Positions 32,752 to 43,521 of a DNA stretch of 64,000 nucleotides are shown here, one piece after another. The position numbers and the translations under genes are program-made. Position 1 is the stretch's first letter, and each line of letters opens with the position of its first letter. The notes below the pieces were generated by a model. That model searched no databases. It had not been told where the DNA came from and saw only the letters and a program-made list of their open reading frames with translations. Origin of the DNA: Longimicrobiales bacterium (GTDB lineage Bacteria; Gemmatimonadota; Gemmatimonadetes; Longimicrobiales; Gaopeijiaceae). The stretch is from NCBI GenBank assembly GCA_965198065.1, contig CBDAON010000004.1, forward strand, positions 2,805,022 to 2,869,021, in the 5' to 3' direction.

Positions 32752-35085
32752 TTGAACGATCGAGACCCTACGGGGCCCTCCGACGACCGCATCTCGCGGC
32801 TGAGCGCGGCCATCCTCCGCATCAGCCAGAGCCTGGACGTGGCCACCGTGCTGGAGGAGGTCGTCGAGAGTGCCCGCGCGCTCACCGGCGCCCGCTCGGG
32901 CGTGATCACGACGATCGACGAGCAGGGAGAGGTCCAGGACTTCGTCACATCCGGCCTTTCTCCCGAAGAGTACCGGAAGATGGTGGAGTGGTCCGACGGG
33001 CGGCGACTCTTCGAACACCTTCGCGACCAGGCGAAGCCGCTCCGGGTGGCGGACCTCCCCGGCTACCTCGACTCGCTCGGCCTCTCGCCGACGCCCTGGA
33101 CGTCGAGGTCGCTGCATGGGACCCCGATGCACCACCTGGGCGAGCATCTCGGCAACTTCTTTCTCAGCGACAAGGAGGACGGCGAGGCGTTCACGGGCGA
33201 GGACGAGGAGATCCTGGTGCTTTTCGCCTCGCAGGCGGCGACGGCGATCGCGAACGCGCGCACGTACCGCGATCTCGAGCGGGCGCGGGCCGACCTCGAG
33301 GCGCTCATCGAGACCTCGCCGGTCGGCGTGGCGGTGTTCGATGCCGGCACCGGCCATCCGGTCTCGTTCAACCGCGAGGCGCGGCGCATCGTCGAGGGGC
33401 TCCGCACGCCGGGCCGTCCACCGGAGCAGCTGCTCGAGGTGATCACGTGCCGGCACTCCGACGGGCGGGAGGTCTCCCTAGAGGAGTTGCCCCTGGCCCG
33501 GCAGCTCGGGAGCGCCACGACGATGCGGGCCGAGGAGGTCGAGCTGTCGGTGCCCGACGGGCGGAGCGTCCGGATGCTCATCAACGTCACGCCGATCCGC
33601 TCCGAGGAGGGAGGGGTCGTGTCGGTCGTCGTCACCATGCAGGACCTGGCGCCGCTCGACGAGCTCGAGCGGCAGCGGGCGGAGTTCCTCGGGATGGTGA
33701 GCCACGAGCTCCGCGCCCCGCTGACCTCGATCAAGGGTTCGACGGCGACCGTGCTCGGCGCCGTGCCGGTCCCGCCCCAGGCCGAGCTGCTCCAGTTCTT
33801 CCGCATCATCGACGGGCAGGCCGACCACATGAGGGGCCTCATCGCGAACCTTCTGGACGCGGGAAGCATCGAGGCGGGCACGCTCACCGTCGCGCCCGAG
33901 CCCGCGAACGTCGCCGCGCTGGTGGACCGGGCCCGCAGCACGTTCCTGAGCGGCGGAGGCCGGCACGCCGTCCTCATCGACCTGCCGCCGGACCTGCCGC
34001 GTGCGATGGCCGACCCGGAGCGCATCGTGCAGGTGATGAACAACCTCTTCTCGAACGCGGCCCGCCACGCTCCCGCGTCCTCCCCGATCCGGGTCGAGGC
34101 GACGTGCGAGGGCGGCTACATCGCGCTCTCGGTCTCGGACGAGGGCCGGGGGATCCCGCCCGACCGGCTCCCGCACCTCTTCCACAAGCGCGCCGGCCTC
34201 GCCGGAGGCACCGGGCTCGGCCTCGCCATCTGCAAGGGCCTCGTCGAGGCGCACGGCGGCCGTATCCGCGCCGAGAGCGGGGGGACGGACCAGGGCGCGC
34301 GCTTCACCTTCACGATCCCGGTGGCCGGGCCGGCCACCCCCGAGGCAGCCCCACCCGAGGAGGCTCCGGCCAGCGACCGGCCACGCCCGCCCGGGGACGG
34401 GCGGGAGAAGACTCCCGTCCTGGTCGTGGACGACGACCCGCAGACGCTACGCTACGTGCGCAACGTCCTCTCCGATGCGGGCTACGCCCCGCTGGTGACG
34501 GGCGATCCGGACGGGCTCCCCGGCGTCATCCGCGCCGAGAAGCCCCGCCTCGTCCTCCTCGACCTCATGCTCCCCGGAACGGACGGGATCGAGCTGATGA
34601 AGCGGGTCCCCGAACTCGCCGATCTCCCGGTCATCTTCATCTCCGGCTACGGCCGCGACGAGACGATCGCCAAGGCGCTCGAGAGCGGCGCCGCCGACTA
34701 CATCGTCAAGCCGTTCTCGCCGACCGAGCTCGTCGCGCGGGTCCAGGCGGCGCTACGTGCCCGGGCCGTGCCCGAGACGTTCGTGCACGGGGAGCTCGCC
34801 ATCGACTACGGCCGCCGACACGTGAGCGTGGCCGGCCGCGAGGTCCCGCTCACGGCCACCGAGTTCGACTTGCTGCGCATCCTCTCGCTCAACGGGGGAC
34901 GCGTGGTCACTACGGAGGCGCTCCTCCGACAGGTGTGGGGGCGCCGGGGCTCGGACGACACCGATCGCGTGCGCACCGTCGTCAAGAAGCTCCGCCACAA
35001 GCTCGGCGACGACGCCGCCAATCCCACCTACATCTTCAACGAGCACGGCGTCGGCTACCGCATCGCGACCCCGGGTGGGGCTTAG
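32752..35085 (+). CDS. hybrid GAF-PAS-histidine kinase-receiver-OmpR wHTH protein
   Basis: VSHELRAPLT, NNLFSNA, GTGLGL, VVDDD...LLDLMLP...KPF, LTATEFDLL...HGVGY. Confidence 0.92.
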   Translation: MNDRDPTGPSDDRISRLSAAILRISQSLDVATVLEEVVESARALTGARSGVITTIDEQGEVQDFVTSGLSPEEYRKMVEWSDGRRLFEHLRDQAKPLRVADLPGYLDSLGLSPTPWTSRSLHGTPMHHLGEHLGNFFLSDKEDGEAFTGEDEEILVLFASQAATAIANARTYRDLERARADLEALIETSPVGVAVFDAGTGHPVSFNREARRIVEGLRTPGRPPEQLLEVITCRHSDGREVSLEELPLARQLGSATTMRAEEVELSVPDGRSVRMLINVTPIRSEEGGVVSVVVTMQDLAPLDELERQRAEFLGMVSHELRAPLTSIKGSTATVLGAVPVPPQAELLQFFRIIDGQADHMRGLIANLLDAGSIEAGTLTVAPEPANVAALVDRARSTFLSGGGRHAVLIDLPPDLPRAMADPERIVQVMNNLFSNAARHAPASSPIRVEATCEGGYIALSVSDEGRGIPPDRLPHLFHKRAGLAGGTGLGLAICKGLVEAHGGRIRAESGGTDQGARFTFTIPVAGPATPEAAPPEEAPASDRPRPPGDGREKTPVLVVDDDPQTLRYVRNVLSDAGYAPLVTGDPDGLPGVIRAEKPRLVLLDLMLPGTDGIELMKRVPELADLPVIFISGYGRDETIAKALESGAADYIVKPFSPTELVARVQAALRARAVPETFVHGELAIDYGRRHVSVAGREVPLTATEFDLLRILSLNGGRVVTTEALLRQVWGRRGSDDTDRVRTVVKKLRHKLGDDAANPTYIFNEHGVGYRIATPGGA

Positions 35086-35096
35086 GAGGCCGCCGC

Positions 35097-35411
35097 TCAG
35101 TCCCACTCCCCCTCGGCGTCCCTGTTGAGCGCGTCGGCGAGTTCGGGATCGCCCTCACCGCGCCGGACGGAGCGCTCGGCGAGATCGACGCGGCGTCCCA
35201 GGTCGGCGAGTCCGGCGGCTCGCGCGACGGCGTAGATGGCGGCTAGAGCGGCCGTCAGTGCCAACCCCAGGTGCAGGGCGATGAGAACGCCATAGTCCGA
35301 GAGGATCAGTGGCCAGAACGGCGCGAGATACTCGAGGCGTGATCCGGCGAGTAGGACGGCCGAGCCTGCGAGGGCAGCGGTGAGGCCTGCGCTGATCTTC
35401 CAGGGTTGCAT
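35097..35411 (-). CDS. small membrane protein
   Basis: 104 aa with two hydrophobic segments, last gene of the conjugation operon. Confidence 0.55.
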   Translation of the reverse strand: MQPWKISAGLTAALAGSAVLLAGSRLEYLAPFWPLILSDYGVLIALHLGLALTAALAAIYAVARAAGLADLGRRVDLAERSVRRGEGDPELADALNRDAEGEWD

Positions 35412-35420
35412 GGGGGCGGG

Positions 35421-36308
35421 CTAGAGCTCGAGCGCGGCCGGATCCCGGTCGGTCGGCCCTCGCAGGGAGGAGCGATCTCCGCCGTCGCCCACGCCGAGTG
35501 AGCGGAGCAGGCGCGCCGCGGCCGGTCCGTTGGCGTGCATCCGGAACCCGGCGGCCACCTTGGCACGTATGGAGCGAGCCCGGTAGTTGCCCGATGCGAC
35601 CTCGATGTTGACGCGTCCGGTGCGCCCCTCGGAGTCGGTGTACTCGATCTGCGCATCCGGGTAGAGCACGCGGCCTTGGGCATCGATCGGCAAGCCGAGC
35701 TCCTCGGCCACGCGGTGCCGCTCGGCGTCCGCGGCCCGCCGGCCGTCTTTCGCCCGCGCGGACTCGCTCTTGCGTGCTACGGCGCTCTTGAACTCGCCGT
35801 CGAGACGCACACGGCGGACGGTGGCCCCCTGCTCGATCAGGCGTTGGTGCTCCTGGCGGCAGGCCCGATAGATGGCGGTGTCGTGCGCGGCTTCGGCGGG
35901 CCGGGTACGTGCGAACCCGATCTCCTGGCCGGGATCGATTCCCCGCTCGGCGGCCAGCTTCCGGGCCTCGGCCACGCCTTTCCGCGTGAGGGTCAGCACC
36001 TTGAACGGGTTGCCCTTGGGTCCCTTGGCCGTGGACTCCTGGGCGAGCCCTTCGCGGATCCAGGCGTTCACGGCCCGCCGGGTGGTGTAGGGATGGCCGC
36101 CGAAGTGAGCCTCGGCGAGATCGCGGTACGAGACGGCGCCGTAGATGCCGATGTCGGCGAGCGCCCCACGGCACCGTTCTCTGAAGGAGGTGGACCCGCG
36201 GTCCCGGCTCGCGTCGTATTCTCGGCGATGGCCGTCCCGCATGCGGTAGATAGCGCGGCTTGGTGGCGCGGCGGGACGCGGGTCCGATGCGATCGTGCGG
36301 TCGAACAT
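35421..36308 (-). CDS. Replic_Relax-like protein (wHTH + PD-(D/E)XK)
   Basis: AAHDTAI, YPDAQIEY, NIEVASGNY...IRAK pattern, within the T4SS operon. Confidence 0.55.
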   Translation of the reverse strand: MFDRTIASDPRPAAPPSRAIYRMRDGHRREYDASRDRGSTSFRERCRGALADIGIYGAVSYRDLAEAHFGGHPYTTRRAVNAWIREGLAQESTAKGPKGNPFKVLTLTRKGVAEARKLAAERGIDPGQEIGFARTRPAEAAHDTAIYRACRQEHQRLIEQGATVRRVRLDGEFKSAVARKSESARAKDGRRAADAERHRVAEELGLPIDAQGRVLYPDAQIEYTDSEGRTGRVNIEVASGNYRARSIRAKVAAGFRMHANGPAAARLLRSLGVGDGGDRSSLRGPTDRDPAALEL

Positions 36309-36330
36309 CTCCTCGGCTCCTTCCTTGGCC

Positions 36331-37366
36331 TCAGCGGCCCGGGCCGAAGCTCCGGGTCGGGACCGGCAGCGGGAGCTCCGGCCGGGATGGGCGTGCTGCC
36401 TCGGGCGGGAGCGCGGGTACGCGGCCACCGGGTGCCGCTCGCGCTCGGCCTCACGCTCGCGGCTCCGGGCCAGCACGAAGTCGGAGATCTTCTGTGCGTC
36501 GGCCGCGGCGCGGCGGATCTCCCGGGGGTCCTCCTCGAGGGCGGCGATCCACCCCTCGACGTAAGCGGCTCCCCGGCTCGGGTCGTGGCCGACGCCCACG
36601 CGCTCGCCCGTCATCATTGCGCTGATCTCCGCGCGGAGCTCCTCCTTCGCATAGGCCGGCGAACCGAACCCTTCGCTCGATCCCTTGGATGAGCGTCTCG
36701 CGGTTCATCCGCTCCGGATGGCCGGTGCTGTGCCCCAGCTCGTGGAGCGCGGTCTGGTAGTAGTGGTTGGCCGAGGGGAACTGCACGCGCTCGGGGAGCA
36801 CGATCTCGTCGCGGTTCAGGTTGTAGAACGCGCGGTCGCCCGCCACGTGACGGACGGGGACCCCGCTGTCCTCGAGCACCTCTCGGCCTGCTGGTGCGCC
36901 TTCCAGAGCGGCTCGGCCGTGGGTGTGGGCCGGGCCGGCAGCCCGTCGGCCTGCTCGGCGTTGAACACGGTGTACTGGCGGACGACGGGCGCTTGGCAGG
37001 CGCTCGTGGCGGTAGACGCGCTTGCCTTCGTTGTCCCTCTTGGGCCGTCCGCGCTCGTCGTTGACGGCGATCTTCCGGTGGTCCTGGAACGAGAGGATGC
37101 GAGTGCCCTGCTCGCCCTTCCGCACCTGTCCGTCCCGGGCTTGGATCTGGCGGTAGGTGCCCCAGCGCACGTCGCCGTAGCCGCGCTCCTGCTGCCACGG
37201 CGGCGAGATGCAGGCTGTTCCCGCCCCTGTAGGAGCGTCCGGTATCGACGTTCGCGGGGAGCACGCGCTCGCCCGGCCCCCAGGGCTTCTGCCACGGCGC
37301 GGTGCCCTGGCGGATCTGCTCGATGATCCCCTCGGCGAACTGGCGGTGATATTCGTCGTGTTTCAT
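36331..37366 (-). pseudogene. ardC: ArdC-like antirestriction/ssDNA-binding zincin protein, frameshifted
   Basis: GTAPWQKPW, YRGGNSL, WGTYRQ...VRKGE, YTVFNAEQ and ALHELGHSTGH across several frames. Confidence 0.85.
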
Positions 37367-37566
37367 CGCTCTTCCTCCTCGGGGCCGTGCGGATCCTCCC
37401 GGCGTCGCGGATCTCGTCCTCGGTGCCCACGTCCTCGGGGAAGAGGCCGTACTCTTCGGCCAGCGAGGCCGGCACCTCGAGGGCCTCGCCTCCGTCGCGC
37501 GCGAGCTCGCGGTCGAAGTCGTCGAGCGTCTCGACGCGAACGATCTTCTCGTCGCTTTCCATGGCC

Positions 37567-38550
37567 TCACTCCTTTTCTGTTTGTTCTTCATCGTCCTTC
37601 CTCCATATCGTCTCCGTGAGCCAGCGATTGGCAGCCGAGTCGTAGCTCCGGACCCCGATCGCCTCCTCGACGAACCGTCGGCCCCCTCGCCGGGTCATGT
37701 GGACGACGAGATGGATGCCGTCGACCACGCCCCTGCAGGTGACCTCCCAGGGGAGCGCCCCTCCGGCCTGCATGGCGCAGCTGGCCAGGCGCGAGAGCGC
37801 GGAGCGGGCGTTGTTGGCGTGCACGGTGGTGAGCGATCCGCCGTGGCCGGTGTTGAGCGCCTGCAGCAGATCGGCGGCCTCGCCGCCCCTGACCTCGCCG
37901 ACGACGATGTGGTCGGGCCGGTGGCGGAGCGCGTGGCGGACCAGGTCGCGGATCGACACGGGCGCCTCGGAGCCCACCGCCCCGGCCTCGAAGCGCAGGC
38001 AGTTGGTCCGGTCGATCCGGAGCTCGAGCGTGTCCTCGATGGCGACGATCCGCTCCTCCTCTGGGAGCAGCTCGATCAGGGCGTTCAGGAGCGTGGTCTT
38101 GCCCGAGCCGGTGCCGCCCGAGACCAGGATGTTGCGCCGGGAATGGAGGGCGTCGCGGGCGGCCCGGAACACCGTCTCGGGGAGGGCCCCCTGGCCGACG
38201 AGGTCCTCGGCCGAGAACGCGCGGCCCCCGAACCGGCGGATGGTCATGGCCACGTGGGGGCTCGCGGGCGGCGTGCAGATGGCCACGCGGGAGCCGTCGT
38301 CGAGCCGCGCGTCTAGGACGGGCCGTGTGGCCGGATCGAGCCCGAGCGGCCTGGCGATGTGGATCGCCGCCCGATGGAGCGCGGCGGCGGTGAGCGCCGG
38401 TGCTTCGATGGGCTCTAGCTCCCCGCCGCGCTCGACCCAGACGTTGCCGGGGCCGTTGATCATCAGCTCGGAGACCTCCGGATCTTCGAGCACGGCCTCG
38501 AGGCCCGGCAGAAACGGTTTCAGGTGCCCGATGCCCGTGGCCCGCTTCAT
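37567..38550 (-). CDS. virB11: VirB11/CpaF-type secretion ATPase
   Basis: GGTGSGKTT, IEDTLEL, LRHRPDHIVVGEVRG, NTGHGGS. Confidence 0.9.
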   Translation of the reverse strand: MKRATGIGHLKPFLPGLEAVLEDPEVSELMINGPGNVWVERGGELEPIEAPALTAAALHRAAIHIARPLGLDPATRPVLDARLDDGSRVAICTPPASPHVAMTIRRFGGRAFSAEDLVGQGALPETVFRAARDALHSRRNILVSGGTGSGKTTLLNALIELLPEEERIVAIEDTLELRIDRTNCLRFEAGAVGSEAPVSIRDLVRHALRHRPDHIVVGEVRGGEAADLLQALNTGHGGSLTTVHANNARSALSRLASCAMQAGGALPWEVTCRGVVDGIHLVVHMTRRGGRRFVEEAIGVRSYDSAANRWLTETIWRKDDEEQTEKE

Positions 38551-39888
38551 AGCCGGCCCTCCTCGCGGAGCCGCCAGTAGCCCGTGCCCCTCGGCAGGTA
38601 GTGGGGTTTCAGGTAGACGCGCAGGGCCGGGAGCGACTTCGTGCCGTCGTAGGGCAGACAGATCGCCTGGTAGTTGGCCAACAGCGCGAACTCGCGCGGC
38701 GTGAACACGGGCTCCCTCTGCTGCCGGAACGACTTGCTCGCTCCGATCGTGCCCCGCCCGCCCCCGGCGCGTCCCGAGAGCAGAGAGAACTCCGGCCTGC
38801 CCGTGGTCTCGGTGAACGTGTAGGAGGGCTGCGTCTTCATGACGCTGCCGCACATCTCCGATGCGATCCTGGCCGAGGACTCGTCGCTCAAGGACAGGAA
38901 GATCCGGGTGCGGAGCGTCTGGACCAGCGTGCGCCAGGCCTCCGTGCCCGACAGCACGGAGCGGAGCGAGGAGATCGACTGCGTGGCGACGATCGGGATG
39001 CAGCGGCACTGCCGCGTCAGCGCGAACGCCTTCTCGTCGCCAGCGGGGTCGTCCTGGCCCACGGTGGCGAACGCCTGGTACTCGTCGCAGATGAAGACTG
39101 CGGGCCGGAGGTAGCGTCCGGGCCGGCGGGCGGCCTCGGCGGGCCGCCGGAGGAGCGCCTGCATCCAGGCGTTCTTGAGCAGCACGCCGATGGCGCGGCC
39201 GAGCGCCGGGTTCGCGCCCGCGGGCATGTTGAGGGCGAGGACCTTGCCGCCCTCGATCAGCTCCGTGAGCGGCGGCAGCCGGCGACGGAGCCCCGGCATG
39301 GGCCGGACGGCCTCGGGGTCCTCGTCCGGCGCATCGTTACCTATATGTATAGATGGGGACTCATCCGATTCCGGAGGCGGCGGACAGAAGACTCCGGCCA
39401 CGCCGGGCTGATCGAACAGCGACAGGAAGACCGAGATGCCCTCGACGATCGAGGTGCGGAGCTTGGCATCGAGCGCCATCCAGTCGTTCAGGTACCAGCG
39501 CTCGATCGCCTCCACCTGGTCCCTGAGTTCGCTCCCTGCTCCGCTCTCGCCTTCCTCGGTCTCGAACGGGATCCTGAGCTCGGCGAGCCGATCCCGGAGG
39601 ACCGGATCGAGCCGGCACGTCACCGTGTCCTCACCGGAGGTATATATCCAGACCCAGTCATTCAGCGCTTCCGGATGGCCGATCATGTCGTCGTGGGAGA
39701 TGACGACGCGCGCCGGGCACGCCTCAGCCACCAGGTCCTGGGCCTCGCGGATTCTCTCGGCGAACAGTTCCGCGTCGATCGTGCAGCGGTAGACATCCTG
39801 CAGCGTGACCCAGCCCCCCGGCAGGAGCCGGTGCAGTTCGACGATCCAGCGCACGAGATTCGTATAGGCTTGCTGCCAGAACGGCTCG
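38547..39888 (-). pseudogene. virD4: type IV coupling protein, C-terminal part
   Basis: EPFWQQAYTNL..., Walker B FICDEYQ, IVATQS. Continues the N-terminal part at 54245-54965. Confidence 0.85.
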
Positions 39889-40009
39889 TTCCTCGTGCGC
39901 GGTAAACTGGTTACTATGAACGCTTTACAGATTCCATAGGGGTTCCGTCCCCACCATTCTGTCCACCGGGAAGAAACGGATTCCGTTGGCTCTACCTAGC
40001 CGAGAACGG

Positions 40010-41065
40010 ACGTGACCGTTCGGCCAAGCTGTCACTGCTAGAACTGGCCTAGGAACTCGGCAACGTGTCGAAGGCGTGCCGGATCGTGGGCTAGAGCCGG
40101 CAGCAGTTCTACGAGATCCGGCGTAACTTCCAGGTGTACGGGGCCGAGGGGCTGCTGGACCGCATGCCGGGGGCGAGGGGGCCGCACCCGAACCGAGTTG
40201 CCTCGGAGGTGGAGGAGGCGATCCTGGTTCCCACGCGCTGGCGCACCCGGCGCACGGGGCGCAGCGGGTGGCCGACGAACTGATGCTCAGGGGTGTGGAT
40301 CCGGAACTGGCTGAAGACGCGTTGCGAACGGTTGCTGCGGCTGGAGAAGACGGTCCGGGAGAGCGACTTCGAGCTCACCGAGGAGCAGATCCTGGCGCTG
40401 GAGCGCTTCGACCCGGAGTACCGCGAGCGTCACATGGAGGTGAAGCGACAGGCGAACTCGTGGCCGTGGACACGTTCTTCGCGGGCACGTTGAGTGGAGT
40501 GGGCAAGGCCTACATCCAGACAGTGCTGGACTGCTTCAGCCGGTTCGTGTGGGCGTGGCTCTACACCTTGAAGAAGCCGGTGACGGCGGTCGAGATCCTG
40601 AACAACCATGTGCTGGCCTTCTTCGAGGAACACGGCGTGAAGGTCGAGACGGTGCTGAGCGACAACGGGCGGGAGTTCTGCGGTCGCGAGGACCAGCATC
40701 CCTACGAGTTGTTCCTGCAGCTCGAGGTGATTGAGCACCGCACCAAGCAGGTGGGCCGTCCGCAGTCGAACGGGGTTCATCGAGCGCTTCCACCGCACGC
40801 TCCTGGACGAGCACCTCAGGGTGAAGGGGCGGACCACCTGCTACTAGGCGGTCAGCGAGATGCAAGAGGATCGCGACGCCTACATCGAGACCTGCAACCG
40901 CAACCGTCCGTACCGCGTTAGCGGCATGGAGGGGCGAACGCCGTATCAGGTGTTCAAGAAAGGGATCCGCAAGCCACGGAGCCGGAAGAACTCAACCCGA
41001 AGACCGCAGCCTGAAGCGCTGACCTCGGCAAGGCACGGGTGTCAGGTGATCACCGTACTTGTACA
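40010..41065 (+). mobile_element. IS481-family transposase remnant
   Basis: ELGNVSKACR, GELVAVDTF, LSDNGREF, several stops and frameshifts, right end ...GTACTTGTACA. Confidence 0.8.
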
Positions 41066-41167
41066 TCCCATACCAGCACCGCTCGGATGCCCCATTGCGC
41101 GTCTTATGCCGAGGGCGCCTTCATGTGCAAGATCAGCCTCACATCGCCGTCACTCGCGAGAACGGCG

Positions 41168-42052
41168 CTATTGCCCTTCTTCCGGCTTGTTCCTCTCCGT
41201 TTCCCTTATCGCCGCATGAACCTGGAAGAGTTTCAACCAATACCTCTTGTAGGCGGGATTCTCGCGTACCTTCCTCTGTGCGGTGCAGTGATCGATTATG
41301 TTCGTGAGAAACCACAGGAATGGATATGCTGACGATCTTCCGAGTGCTGGCACGAGGCCCATATCACCGACCGTACAGAACTTCGATCCCGTAAACATCG
41401 TCTCGCTACCCATCGAAATCCGTTTTTGATCATCCGCCGGGATAAGCATGCCCTCCCCAAGTACAAAAAAGAGGTTCGGCCAAAGATCCCGCTCTACAGA
41501 TTGCAGTTCTTCGTTCACAACTTCGGCGAGCTTTTCAAGTGTGTAGTCAGTCTGATAGGCAAACACGCCAAAACATACTCCGTGGTTCTTGCTGTTCCAT
41601 GGCGCTTCATCATCGAACATCCCGAGCCTCTTTAGGCTCACGCAGTTAACCGTGGCATCCCTGATCGTGGACCTAGTCAACCGCGACTTCACTTGTATCG
41701 AAGCCAGACATGCCTCGATAGGGTGGTGACCGCTCCCGCCTGGCAAGATTGCTCCGGCGACATTCCTGTCGACAATCAAGATATCTTGTTCCTTACTGAC
41801 AGCCATCAGGTCAGTGAGTGCGAATCCCTTAACCGCTACCATTCCACCTGGCAGCATGTCGTCCAATACATCGAGCAGTGGCGTCTCCCGTGACGAACCC
41901 CGGTGACCTGGATGACGAATGGTGTCCTTCTGTCTTGCCAAGGAGTCTAACATCCCGAGTGTGCCTTCGAACCACTTCTCCATCTTGGTGGCGTCTATCT
42001 TCAATCCATCGAGTTTCCGTATCTCCCTTTTGAACTCGTCTCGGTTCACCAA
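41168..42052 (-). CDS. DUF6602-like putative PD-(D/E)XK nuclease
   Basis: HPGHRGSSRE...SKEQDILIVD...IQVKSRL, lower GC than the flanks. Confidence 0.6.
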   Translation of the reverse strand: MVNRDEFKREIRKLDGLKIDATKMEKWFEGTLGMLDSLARQKDTIRHPGHRGSSRETPLLDVLDDMLPGGMVAVKGFALTDLMAVSKEQDILIVDRNVAGAILPGGSGHHPIEACLASIQVKSRLTRSTIRDATVNCVSLKRLGMFDDEAPWNSKNHGVCFGVFAYQTDYTLEKLAEVVNEELQSVERDLWPNLFFVLGEGMLIPADDQKRISMGSETMFTGSKFCTVGDMGLVPALGRSSAYPFLWFLTNIIDHCTAQRKVRENPAYKRYWLKLFQVHAAIRETERNKPEEGQ

Positions 42053-42274
42053 ATCCTCTCCTTTTCGTTTGCGCTCCGTTCACGACCGACGGCCGCCCCA
42101 TCGGATCCGTGACGCGCTCCACGGGCCGCCACCTTATCGGAATTTGCTACTTGAGCGCGGGTTTCGGGCGGCGTTCGCCTCATTCGAAGCTCTTGGGGCT
42201 GACTCCACTGGGTGGAACACCGTCCGATGACCGCCGCGCGACCTGGGGAAAACAACATCGTCACGCGCAGGGTC

Positions 42275-43457
42275 TGACGTGACACCCGGAAGCTGAGCCA
42301 GCTATTCTCTGACTCCTCGGAGTAAGTGAGGAGTCATGAGGAAGAGTAGGTTCACGGAAGAGCAGATCATCGGGATCCTACGGGAGGCGGAGGCGGGCGG
42401 AGCGACGAAAGAGGTATGCCGACGCCACGGGATCAGCCACGACACGTTCTATCGGTGGAAGAAGAAGTACGGGGGCCTTGAGGTCAGTGACGCGAGGCGG
42501 TTGAAGGCACTTGAGGACGAGAACCGACGGCTCAAGCGCATCGTGGCCGACCAGGCGCTGAACCTTCAGGTGCTGAAGGACCTGCTGGGAAACGAGTTGT
42601 GACGGCCGGGGAGCGGCGCCAGGTCGTCCGGAGGGTGCAAGCCGCCGAGAAGGCCTCGGAGCGTCGAGTGGTCCGTTGGACAGGCTTCCCGCGTTCAACG
42701 ATCCGGTACCGAAGCGAGCGCCCAGCTCAGGAGGGGTTACGTGCGAGGATCCGGGAGCTCGCGGGCGAGCGGCCTCGCTGGGGCTACCGACGCATCCACG
42801 TGCTTCTGCGCCGCGAGGGATGGCTGGTGAACCGGAAGCGGATCCACCGGCTCTACCGCGAGGAAGGGCTCGCGGTGCGGCGAAAGGGTCGGAGACGACG
42901 GAGCCAGGTACCACGACCGGTGCGTGACCCACTCGGCCATCCGAACGAGCGGTGGAGCGTGGACTTCATCATGGACACGCTGAGTACGGGCCGAGTGTTC
43001 CGGTGCCTCGCGGTGATCGACGAGTTCAGCCGCGAGTGCCTGGCACTCCACGTCGCTCACTCGATCCCTGCGGCGAGCGTGATCGAGGTGCTCGAGAGAC
43101 TTCGGGAGGAACGCGGCTTGCCGGAGCGCGTGATCTGCGACAACGGCTCCGAGTTCACGAGCCGTGCCTTCGACGCCTGGGCCTACTCCCGGGACCTCAA
43201 GATAGAATACATACAGCCGGGCAAGCCGATTCAGAACTGCTTCGTCGAGAGCTTCCTCGGGAGCTTCAGGGACGAGTGCCTGAACCTCCACTGGTTCCTC
43301 TCCCTACGGGATGCGAGGCACACGATCGAACGCTGGAGGCAGGACTACAATCGCGTCCGACCCCACAGCGCCCTGGGCGATCTCCCACCTGCGGACTTCG
43401 CCCTCAACCACCACATGGAGTCAGGGAATAAACGGATCAACTAAGGGTGTCACGTCA
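42275..43457 (+). mobile_element. IS3-family element, apparently intact
   Basis: IR TGACGTGACACCC/GGGTGTCACGTCA, 4-bp TSD GGTC, orfA 42336-42602, orfB 42599-43444 with WSVDF and DNGSEF. Confidence 0.95.
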
Positions 43458-43521
43458 GGTCGATTCCCGATCTGTTCTCTTTCCAAGGGGAGAGGATGCA
43501 CCTCCAAATCGTCGGGAACGG

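Noticed and set aside
36331..37366. Programmed frameshifting in ardC, merA, the nucleotide transporter or the adhesin
   Set aside because: Scattered single-base indels across unrelated genes are better explained by sequencing error or decay. This cannot be resolved without reads.
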